Positions 53,505 to 64,000 of a stretch of DNA of 64,000 nt are shown in pieces; positions within the stretch are counted from its first letter, which is position 1; each line of letters begins with the position of its first letter. The position numbers were made by a program, and so were the translations under genes. A model generated the notes under the pieces. The model saw nothing but the letters and a program-made list of their open reading frames with translations, did not search any database and had not been told where the DNA came from. The stretch is from Lama guanicoe (Eukaryota): contig MU054323.1 in the NCBI GenBank assembly GCA_013239625.1, positions 8,297,220 to 8,361,219 on the forward strand, written 5' to 3'.

Positions 53505-54800
53505 CCTGCCCACGAGAAGGGCACCTTCTAGCAGGGAGACAGGCTACACAAGATGGAAACAGCCCAAGGACACATAGCAAAAACTTATTCAAATCAAAAC
53601 ACGTCTGTCCACATATCACTATTCTTCCTGGAGTAAAATAACTCTCTTAATCGAAAATGTGATTAAATTGATTGGGAAAGTGTTCAATCTTTCAGACAAG
53701 CCACAGGCCGGCAGTAAGCTGTGAATACAAATGCAGGAGCTCGCAGTGATGCATTTGATTTGACTCTGGGAATGAGTGGCTCTTTGGAGGTAGCATGCAG
53801 ATTTGTTCAAAATGTCCCAGACTTGGGGAGAAAAGACCCAGAGTCTGGATCGTGTGCTTATGCAAATCATGAGAAGTGTCTTTTAATACACAGCCTAAGA
53901 TCCTTCTCGGAACCTACCTCTCTGTTACACGGGCCCTGACCTCACAGCAACTGAACTAGCTCTCCCTATGCCTGCCGCTACACTCCCACATCTGCCCTCC
54001 TTCCCTTTGCGCAACAAGCTGAGAAGGTTATTGCTCCCATTCTACAGACAGGAAAGTAGGGCTCTGAGTGATTAAGCAACCGAACCCAGCCCCTCTGCTC
54101 TAAGTGGCAGATCCAGTCTCTCTCTTCCCTAGTCTGGGACAATTTGCACACATGTCATTCGACTCCTGAAGATTCTACACTCCTAGGGGTACATGAAAAA
54201 ATTCCTCTCTCTACCCACCACTCCATCCACACATGGGAATTCTGTGGCTCTGGCACCCCTAATGCTAAGTAAATTTCCTCCCTTTGCTGAAAATATGCTA
54301 CATTTGCTCCCATCCATGTGACTCTGAGTGATCTTTGGGCAAGCTGTAGTCTTTAATCAGAACAATCAAAACTGAGCAGTTAGGTGACAATCACTCCTCT
54401 GAAGGCCAAGATCACCATACAAAGAAGGCTGGCCCACCTTTGACTTTGTAAAGGTTCAGAAAGGAAGAGAGGAGGCCCCGGAGGCCCCCCAGAATCTCCC
54501 TGCCCCACCTTACCTTACCCATGGTCTCCACTGTCCCCAGCCACCAAAGTCCTCACTGGCTTCCCTGGACAGAATCCTCAAGGACACCAGATCTCCTCAG
54601 GAATTTAAGAGGGCAGACATCCAGGCCAAGTACAAAATATTAACATTTGTGTTGTTTTGGGGACATGTTATGTAACCCAGGAAATCAGGACTACCAAAAT
54701 TATGAGACAAATTTGGTTCCAACATATACCCTAAGCTCTATCCTTGAATCTCATCAAATAACAATCTGAAGGATGTTTGCAAAGCCTGCGTGTGAACATT

Positions 54801-55240
54801 TGTCAACTGAAAAAAAAAAACGCACAACCTAAAAGTTGACAGTTATATTTTATTCGATGATCTTAGCAGTATAGCCGAGGAATCAGCCTCTCAGATAGTT
54901 CCGAGGAACTGTTTCTAAGAGGTAAGGAAGGGGCCAGGATATACAGGAGGTTTTGTTGGGGGAAAAAAAATGTGGTTGAACATTAAGACTACTGCTAAAT
55001 CACACACACACAAACAAAACAGGCATCTCAAGTTAATGATTTCAGTGCTTTTCTTCATACGGAGAGATGCAAGAGTTGGCTTATTGAAATTATTCCTTCA
55101 ATATGCACCTTAACTACCTAGGGTCAGTATCCAGTTTTTCTCCATCCTAAATCCCCTCAGGAGGGCAGCTTCAGTGGCTGATGGCTTTAAGGACATCAGC
55201 CTATGTTTACTGAAACGGCAGGCGACATTCTTTGTCCACT
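54801..55240 (-). mobile_element. ERV1 solo LTR, cetartiodactyl MER41-like (MER41_BT-type)
   Basis: tgtcaactgaaaaaa..cgcacaacctaaaagttg...ttttatt...tctcagatagttccgagg...atctcaagttaatgatttcagtgctttt resembles the recalled artiodactyl MER41 consensus. Confidence 0.65.
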
Positions 55241-57389
55241 ATATCCACCCTGATTCCTCTCTAATTTCTCAGAATTCCTGAGTCTCCTGAGGCCCCATGC
55301 CTTGCTGTTAATGGAGGACAGTAATGTCAACCCTGCTTTTCACCTGAAAAGTGCAGTCTAGCGAGGCTGGCAGACACCTGGACCTCCATTATAGGTCACT
55401 CCCCAGTGTGAGGGCTGGCTGGCCACCGCTGTGTGTCTGCATGGTTGTTTCTGCCCAGAACGACCCTCTTCTCTACCTGGAGCAGTCCTGCTCCTCCTTC
55501 AAGCCCCTCCTCATATCTCCCCTGAATTCCAGCACACGGGGTTCCTGTAAGAACTGAGGTCACAGAGATCAAGCTCCTAGCACAGAAGGACACAGACAGA
55601 GTGCCTGATCCAGAATGGCTCTGACCGTCACTGTCATGCCCTTGCTCCCACCCTCATGAGGAACCCACCCGTTTCCCAACTCCTTCTGCCTCTTACACAT
55701 CCTCACCTGGCTGCGTGGTTACAGGTGAGCTCACTCCTCTCCTCCACAGAATCCCGAACTCCTTGAGGGCAGGGACCTTGTCCTGCTTGTCTTTGGGGTC
55801 CCATTCTTGGCTCTGGGCCTGGCACTTAGTGGACTCCATATGTATTTGCCAATAAATTCTTCTGTCTCCTGGGCTCCAGAGACAGCAGTCTGATGAATGG
55901 TCAGAACATCATGATAAATTAAAATTTATTTTATGATGTGGCTTTGGAGACAGACAAAGACTGTGCTGCTAGTGACATCATGTCGGGCTGGTGACACCAC
56001 TAATCATCAGTAATGTTTATTTCAGGACAGTGCCCTTGGCTTGGACACATGTGGGGAAAATGGTCCAGAGCCCCACTGAGTGTGTCACTGTGCTGTATGA
56101 AGTGCCTCCGATCGGGGTGGGGCTATGCAGCTGGTGTGGACCCTGTCGGTCTGTTCCTCAGGACAGAAGCTGTGTTTCATTCATCTCTACAGGCCCCAGT
56201 GTCTCAGTCAATATTTTTGCATAACTGAATTAATTCCTTTATAAGAAATTAGTGGTGTTGTTGAGGATAAGAAACTTGGAAGAAACCTCTTTCTGAGTCT
56301 CTCAACTCCCCACTGAGTGACAAGAACAGGCTACATTGTTAGAAAGTTCCTGGATGGTCTGTGGGTCCCAGACACTCTCCACGCCCACTCATAACTCTGT
56401 GCCACACACTGCCATTCCCCCTCTGGGACAGCCCTTCCTCTGTCTATCCTGTAACCTCCATTTTTGTCCAGAACCCCACTTATACACCTTCTCTGTCAAG
56501 TCTTCCTGCAATAAAAGGGTCTGGTCCAGTCCCTTGAGGGTGTTTCTGATTCAACGCTGGTCATTTTCATAAGGTGAAGGCAGTGTTAGGGCAAGCAGGA
56601 GGAGTTGACAGGCAGGCCCCATCCAGCCCTGCACCCCCAGCAACAAGATTTGCAATAATGGGGAAATGTGCTCACTGTGTCTGAAGCAGGTCCTCCAAGG
56701 GCTGGTGCTCCAGCCTGTGGTGACAGGACATGGGGTGCAGACTAGAGACCTAGCGATGAGGATAGAGGACAGCTGAGGGCTGAGAACTAGGAGTAGGATT
56801 TTAAAGCCTGAAAGCCTCTGCACACAAACCTGGGTCTTTCTGCTGTGGATGCTTCTCAGCAGCATCAGGGAATCCCAGAAGGAGCGGTGGGGTGAGCTTG
56901 GTGGAGGGGCTGAGCAGAAGCCACAGATTTAGGGGAAACTGAAGAATCTGCGTGCAAACCTCCGCTCCATCACTCACTAGTGTGATCATAAGCAAATCCC
57001 TTGGCTTCTCTCAATTAAGATGTTTTCCTTAGTTATAAAATGGTCTCCCAGGGAGCAGGAACTAGAGTCCTACTTTTCTGGAAGATATGGGCAACACGTG
57101 GGTTGGAGTCTCTAGGGACACGTCCCAGGCCTCCCAGTAGTTCCCCCAAGTACCCTGTAGAGAGGAGATTCCCACGCTGGATGTTTCTACTTTGTGGTTC
57201 GCCTCTGACATTTTTCAGCTCTATCTCTCTAAAGGGTCTACAAAACGCTCTAATATCCATGATGTATTCACACTGCATCGTCCCATCAGCCCTTTATGCA
57301 GATGGGGGGCCTGGTTCCGTGACTTGCCATGGTCACCCTGTGGGTATCAGCGCTCCCTGGCTCCAGGCTTGAACAGCACTGGCACCGCA

Positions 57390-57960
57390 ACTCTTTTGAG
57401 CTCAGAAACCGAGGCGCTGCCCCCTCCCTGGGGGCGGAGCGAGCCAGGGCGGGGCGGGTCCTTGTGGTCCACGTGACTCCCGGCCCGGAAGCGCTCGTGC
57501 CGGAGACCCCCCGGTGACCAGGTCAGGAGCTACGACCACCAGCGAGCGCGGAGGTTGCGGGGGTCCCTCTGGTTTCGTGTCCCCCCCGTCGCCCCCATGG
57601 CCTGGACCAAGTACCAGCTGTTCTTGGCCGGGCTCATGCTCGTCACCGGCTCCATCAACACGCTCTCGGCAAAGTGAGTCCGGGCCTGGCCGGGAGGGGA
57701 GGAGGCTCGGCCGGGCCTTCGGCGGCCCGCGGGAGCTCTGGGGACCCCTGCCACCTTCCGCTCCCTGCCTCTTCTCGGTTCTCTTTTCTTGGCTTCACCA
57801 GCCAGCCTAGTTTCTCTGATTGGTTCACGCGGTTTATGGACCACCCAAGAGGTGCGAGGCCCCGGGAAATGCGGAACGAGGCCTTGTCCCCCGCTGGAGG
57901 ATCCAAGCCCCAGCTCTGATTGTGTGCTTGATCCCAACGAGTCATTTCCCGACTCTGCGC
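57390..57960 (+). promoter_or_regulatory. SLC35F6: SLC35F6 CpG-island promoter: GC boxes (57431-57458), E-box CACGTGAC (57470-57477), ETS CCGGAAG (57485-57491), reverse CCAAT box (57816-57823)
   Basis: Motifs read directly from the sequence; TATA-less housekeeping-type architecture. Confidence 0.85.
57597..57673 (+). CDS. SLC35F6: SLC35F6 coding exon 1 (MAWTKYQLFLAGLMLVTGSINTLSA(K)); remaining exons not found in the window
   Basis: ATG 57597 in a CpG island, recognisable SLC35F6/C2orf18 N-terminus, strong phase-2 donor AA|gtgagt at 57674. KCNK3-SLC35F6 synteny is established in mammals. Confidence 0.95.
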
Positions 57961-59504
57961 CTCGATTTCCTCATGCTTAAACTGGAGGGAGTTCCCTTCC
58001 GTGTCCCCTTACAAGCATGCATCAGGAGCCCTGCTCTCCAGGAGCTGTGGACCGGGGAGGGCTACAACAGCTGCCCAGCGGGCCGAGTGACCAGTGAGGG
58101 TGGAGGGCTGCAATGATGGAGAAGGAGGTGCCCATGGGCCCCTCTTGGAGGAAGGGTTAGGGCTGGGCCTTGAAGCTTCAGTAGGATTTCTACATGTGGT
58201 GGGGACATCGAGGCAGGAGAACAGCAAAGCCAGATCAAATTGAATTGTAACTAGCACCAAATGCCCAGCCTGGATCTCATCCTGTTATCAAAGAGAGTCT
58301 TTTGAGCCTGGGAGTGACATGTTAAAAGTGATGATGAACCTGGTGGTCAAGGTGAAGAGTAGTTTTGTGCAGGGAAAAGCACTCCAAGGCTGCTGCATAG
58401 CAAATGAGGGGAACCAGGAGTTAACAGTGAGTTGGGAAGGGAAGGGGCAGGTGGGAGAGACCAGGTGCAGAATGAAGCCACAAGGCCTGACCCACGGAAT
58501 CAAATAATCACTCCTGGCCTTCTGCCTGGGAGAACAGAAGTGTCATTAAACCAGACAGGGATGGTAGAGGGGCAGTTCAGCTCCAATGTAAGAGGGTGAG
58601 GTGCTTGTGGGACAGTGAGGACAGTCCTCAGGAGGTTGGGCACTATGTGAGGCACTGTCTGAACTCAGGGAAGGAGACAGAAGTGACCAAGAGAAGGTCC
58701 TCAGGAGGTTGGGACTGCCTCTAACGTGCTTAGACCCTGCCATGGAGGAGCCAGATGTGTACATGCGTGACAATCACAGTGTCCTCCCTTTTCCACAGGA
58801 AGTGGAGCTCTGGGTGGGGCCTTTCTGGTTGGGCTCTGGCCAACTGCGTCTGTGTCTGGTGCTGGGCTCCTGGGCCCTGAGGCTTCCTTCGGCTGAGCCC
58901 TCAGCTGTAAAGGCTCCCATCTCAGTTAGGATCTGAATGCAGCAGAATGAATCATCTGTCCATCTGTCCCACAAGCCAAGACCTCAGTCTGGTCCTTATA
59001 GGGTGGCAGTGGTCTGCCAGCGCTGCCATCCCCAAAGAGAGCTGAAATTGCCAGTTACTAGTGGGGTGAACTGTGCTGATTCAGCTCCTTACTTAAAAAG
59101 CTCCAAGCGGGTCAGGTAAGAAGCCAGGGGATCCTCAGCCCCAGGAGGCCTTGCCCTTGGAGGCTGCCTGAGAGGCCAGAAAGAGGCTTCCAGGTGGAGA
59201 CCCCACCTTTGGTCCTGTTCCCTGCCCTGCGACCTGACATGGGGCCTCTCAGGAACCTCCCTACCTGTGATGGGCCCCAGCACTGGAGCCTCAACAGTCT
59301 GAGGCCAGACTCTGAAAAGGACGCTCTCAGAGAAAGGGCATGGGAGAGCAGCTGTGTACACCCTGTTGGGAATTATTGATTTGCAGTCACTCTGACCTGC
59401 AGTTTCTGGCAGGGACAGACAGACAGACAGAAATGTGACCACAGCAAGTGCTGACTGGCTAATGCACAGAGAGCTCCAGGTGCCCAGTCCTGCCCTGGCT
59501 GTCT

Positions 59505-59692
59505 TTCATGAGTTAATTTAATGAATTCTCATAACCACCCTATGAGATGGATGAACGTATCCAGTTGTCCCTGGATGAGGAAACTGAGGTCTGGAAAGAT
59601 GGACTTGCTTACCCAAGTTCAACTCAGCTATTGAGTGGCAAAGTTTATATTTGAGCCTAAGTAGTCTGGCTCTAGAATCCATGCTCTTAGCC
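59505..59692 (-). mobile_element. MIR SINE (SLC35F6 intron 1); further MIRs at ~60950-61100 and ~61940-62290
   Basis: tttaatgaattctcataaccaccctatgagatgg...gatgaggaaactgaggt...gtctggctctagaatccatgctctta. Confidence 0.8.
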
Positions 59693-62600
59693 TCCAATAT
59701 GGATGAGGCTGCGGACTTCTGTCGTCATTCTTGGGGGCATTTAGAGTCGTTAGAAACAGAAATCATCGATTCTAATCCCCACAATTTACAGTCAAGATCC
59801 CAAGAAAAGTTTGTGTGTGTGACTCAGCTGGTTGGTGCCCAGACCTAGGTGTCAGCATTTTAGTCCAGTCCTGTTCTTTTACAGCTGCAGTGCCCCCCAT
59901 CCCTCTTCCTTGGGGGTTTCCTCTTACATCTCCCCAGACAAGAACTGACAAGCATGTGCCCGTGGAAGTTGCAATCCTATAGTGGCATCTCCCCTCCCTG
60001 CCATCGGAGCGCCTTCCCTCTGGGACTGGGTGGCAAACACCTGAAGCTCTGTCCCAGCCCAGGAGATCATGCTATTGCTCAGTTTCCGCCGCTGGAGCCA
60101 GAGGTCACTCAGGGTTCAGGTTTAGAGCCTCTAGTAGCCTCTTGCAGTTTCTTGGCCTGTAGTAAGAGCATAACTTTCCCTCCCCGGGTTCTTGGGACGG
60201 CTGAAGACAGCAGATGAGGAAGTGGGCGTGAGCACGTGCTGCCCACTCTGCTGGGACCACAGGTCATCTCTCTGCTGTAGGAGGTCACTGTCCACTCAGC
60301 AGGGTGGCTGTGCTGCAGGGAGACTGCCTGCCTTGGCTGGGGCCGGGGCCGGGGCTGGGGCTCACCTACTCACAAGAGGGAAAGCCACCAGGCAGGCTGG
60401 CCCTTTAGCCCTGTGCCTGGGTCTTGGCAGAGGGACCCTTCCTGTGGAGCAGCTCCTTTCAGTGGGTGCCTCCTCGCCCCCACCAGGCCTTCTGCTGATG
60501 CACCTGATGGAGACCAAACATTTTGCCCTCCTGTGGCACTGCTTAGCGCTGTCTGCCTGAACCAGGCCCATTTCACAGCCCCCTTCTCCAGAATCCAGCT
60601 GGGGGTTCTGCATGGAAAGAGCAAAGGTCAGGTGGCCACTCACTCAGTAAGGCTCAGATCCCGTCCCTCCTAAACTTCTGCAGTCTGTGAAGCCCACCCA
60701 GCCAGCAAGGAGTCATGGGGGTCTCTTCTCCAACAGTCAGGCCTGCTGGGTCCAGGGACCCTTCCAGGAAGGTGACGAGAGGCCTGGGATCACTGGGCCT
60801 CCATTAGGGAAGGACTCTCACTGTGCCTTCTGTGCTAGCTCTAACATTTGCCTTGGCAGCTGCCCCTTCCCCCAGCCTTAGGTTCCATGAGCTGGGTTGG
60901 GACAGTTGCTTCAAAGGGATTCAGGCCAGCTGGAGAAAGCCTTAAGTCAGGAAGGCAGTGTAGTAGTGGAAGGAGCTTGAGGCTTAGAAGCTGTGGGATT
61001 AGATGAGTCATTGGGCATCTCCAAGCCTCATCTGTAAAATGGGCTGATAATACCTGCCACACCTTCTTCCTGGATACAGTGTAAGCTCTACTGAGGGTTT
61101 CCTAATACTTAGGAGATGAGAGGGCTTGTCATCATTTATCACCATGTGAGCCCAGGCCACTTGCTGTGACATCGAAGCCCCAGGGCACTTCTGAAGATCC
61201 CAGGCAGGAGAGAAAAGCTGACTCATTGGGACTGACAGTCTCCGGATGTGAAAGGAAATGGCACAGATTCTGCAGAGAATGGACACACAGCTAATCAGTC
61301 CGAGGCAGCTACATCAGCCACTTCCTCAGTCTCTGTCCGCCACCTCGGCCCACACATAGATGCACACAACTCTCAGAATGCTGAGCTTTGAGTTTCGCTG
61401 GGCAAGGCCACGTGAGGCTGACTCACACACACACCACACACACACAATACCCCACCCCTACCCCCGGCAAGGGTCACCACCCATCACCCTCTGAGGCCTA
61501 CTGGCCTCCTGCCCAAGAGACCATGGCTTTTCCCAGGATACAATGTCTAGAGAGAGTGGAGGGCCCATCTGCAGGGCTGACCTCCCCACCTCAGCCAGGA
61601 GAGCGGGAAGAGCCTGGAATAAGAAGATGATATGTGTTGAGGAAACTTGGAACTGGAGGTGCAGGCTTCTGGGTATAGTGCTTCCCTGTATCCCTCATGC
61701 CTTCTCTGGCCCCTGGGTTTCTCATCTGTCAAATAAGGAGCTTCCTGAGACCATGGCTGAGTGTGTTCTCCTATTTCAGCACTTTGCGGCTCTAGGGAAC
61801 CACAGGGTGGGTCCGAGAGGATGGATGCTCTCCCAGAAGCTTTCAGGCTGGAGCAGAGCTGGGGCCGTGCCCACGCAACACACAGGGCGATGGCTCCTGC
61901 TCAACAGAGGAGACAGGGAGAAAGGACAGAAACGAACTTTCACTGACTACCTTCATGTGCCAGGTCTTACATGTCTCATTTATTACATTTGCCAATTCAT
62001 CAGTATTGGCATTATTATCCCCATTTTATAGGTGAGAAAACTATAACTCATCCAACCTATGAAACTCAAAAGTCTGAGTTTTCTGTGTCTCCTGCTGCCT
62101 TTTCTGAAAATAAATTCAAGCAGATGGGTTTGGCCCAGCATCTGCCTATTGTTAACTATATGAGCCTGAACTTGGCTCTCTCCACCCCTCCACCCTGAGG
62201 CTGGTTGTGAGGCTTAAACCACACGACCCACATTAAGTGTACAGCACAGGCTTGGTACAAAGTCAATACTCAAGGAGTTGAACATTTGTAAAAAAAAAAA
62301 AAAACATGTTAATGGAGCATTTTGCAAAGACACAAGTGCTATCCCACTGGGGTGGGGTGGGGGGAGGGGGTCATTGCTGTCATCCCCAGATAAACTGGTG
62401 CTGGATTTTCGCTCTTGTTCTGTGGTACGTGGGATCCTTCTGTGATTGCACAGTGAACCAAAGCCTTTCCCAGGGCCAGAATGAGAAGCCTGATTCTATC
62501 CCAAAGTGACTGCAGGCCTGAACTCCTCCCTGGCCAGAGGCTGGGCAGGGCAGCCTGTCCTGACACCCAATTCCTGGGGCTGTAAACCTGCCCCAGTCCC

Positions 62601-62768
62601 TCAGATACAAAAAGATTCCATTTCCCTTGCTGGGAACTTGCCAGCCGCAGCCTGTTCAGGCAGACCCAACCCTTGGAGAAAGCAAAGACAGCCCTGAGGG
62701 AGGGGAGGAAGCTCAGCCCTCTAGCCAGCTCCCCTGCCTCCCTAGGGAAGGACAGACCCAGCTGGTCC

Positions 62769-62786
62769 TACCAGCAGGGGGCGCCT
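62769..62786 (+). promoter_or_regulatory. Putative CTCF site (CCAGCAGGGGGCGC)
   Basis: Consensus-like CTCF core at 62771-62784. Confidence 0.65.
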
Positions 62787-64000
62787 CAGACCAGGTGGGA
62801 AATTAGGAGACATTGCGTATGGACTGTAGTACCTGCCTAAAATTTGTCCAGTGGGGTCTGGAGGTCCCAATCACTCAACAGAAAAATGTTTGCGCTTCTG
62901 TATGATAATGTGCCTGGAGCAGGGGATTGAGAGATGGGGAAGCTGCTGCATGCTGAGCTCACACCCTCTCAAGTGACAATGACTGTGGAACCAGAAAGTG
63001 TTACAGATGTGCGTTGTCATGATTGTAAAGTGCGTAGGCAGGAGCCCAGGGGGATCCAGGAGGTGGCCCCACTGCTAGATCAGGGGTCTTCTTGAGCCAG
63101 CCAGTCTGTGCTTTGGCTGTGGCCCCAGGATGAGGAAAGGGCTTCCACACCAGCCCTTGCCCCAAGCTTCTGGTTGACCTTCGTGAACTTGGCAGGACCT
63201 GCCTTGTCCCTCCTAGAGGAGCCCTGGGAACTAGCTCTCTGACCTGCCCTCGCTCCAGGGCAGTTATTTCTGTGCCCTTGGTAAAGCTTGACCTCTTCCC
63301 TCTTCCTCAGTTCTCTCTGTTTTGCTCAGTTGTCTCACCCAGACCCTCTCTGAAGGCTCCGTCTGTAAAAGGGAGTCTGGGCCGGAGAGCAGATCAGCCT
63401 ATGTGAGCCACGCCATTGGCATGTGGTCCTCACCCACCTCCCCTGTCCTGTCCTGCCCCACTAGCCGAGAGCCAGAACTAAGCAGGATGTCCAGCAAGAG
63501 GGAGGGGCCTCCGTCTTGCCAGCCTCCATCTGGACCAGATTACCTGCCCTTGGCTGTGGGCCTGGGCCCACCATAGCACGTCCAGAAGTCAGCACCCACG
63601 GGAGTGAAGGGTTAGCAACGACTGAGGCTGCTTACCCAGCAGAGGAGCAAATTTGAAGGTGAAAACCTCTCTAAATATCTGACAGGCTTTCAAATGAAAG
63701 AGAGATTCGATCCCAGGGACATAACTAATGTCAGCCAAAATTCAGGGGGCAGGAGCTTGAGTGCAGACGCTGGTCAGTGCAGAAGGGCTGGTGGTAGCTG
63801 CCCAGAGCAGGGCCCAGGCGGGGTCCAGGCTCGGCGGGGAAGCATGCCATCTGCTGGGGCGCTGGCTGGCAGGCCGCTCCACAAGTGCCGTGTGCTTGCC
63901 ACCTGCTTCAGAGCCAGTGCTAGAAAAACCCTCCAGATCCTTCGGGTTATGTGAAGGTGACCGGGTGGTCTGTGGCAGGCAGTCATTTCCCAGGACTTCC

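Noticed and set aside
57674..64000. SLC35F6 exon 2
   Set aside because: No acceptor followed by the expected W-A-D-N-F continuation was found; presumably beyond the window.

Overview
Mammalian genomic DNA, probably camelid; this is inferred from a young tRNA-Ala(AGC)-derived SINE and from seeing no Alu, Bov-tA or PRE-1 elements. The window holds the complete two-exon coding sequence of the two-pore K+ channel KCNK3/TASK-1 on the + strand: 1922-2204 joined to 35119-36050, 404 aa, with a 32.9 kb intron splitting the first GYG filter. It also holds the KCNK3 CpG-island promoter (interrupted by a 138-N gap), a ~2.3 kb 3'UTR, and the CpG-island promoter and first coding exon of SLC35F6 (57597-57673). 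The rest is intron or intergenic DNA rich in old repeats (MIR, L2, L1M, MaLR/ERV LTRs, hAT MITEs). Almost all ORF-track entries are noise. The most interesting signal is too short for the ORF track: a 32-codon, good-Kozak upstream ORF in the KCNK3 5'UTR that spans a G-quadruplex motif and whose TGA overlaps the channel start codon (ATGA). Other points of note are expanded poly-Gly tracts, a 101-bp tandem duplication, 3'UTR miR-138/miR-34 sites and a G4, a twin-MEF2 intronic element, CTCF sites and a CLEAR-like E-box at SLC35F6. Repeat family names come from recalled consensus sequences, and their boundaries are approximate.
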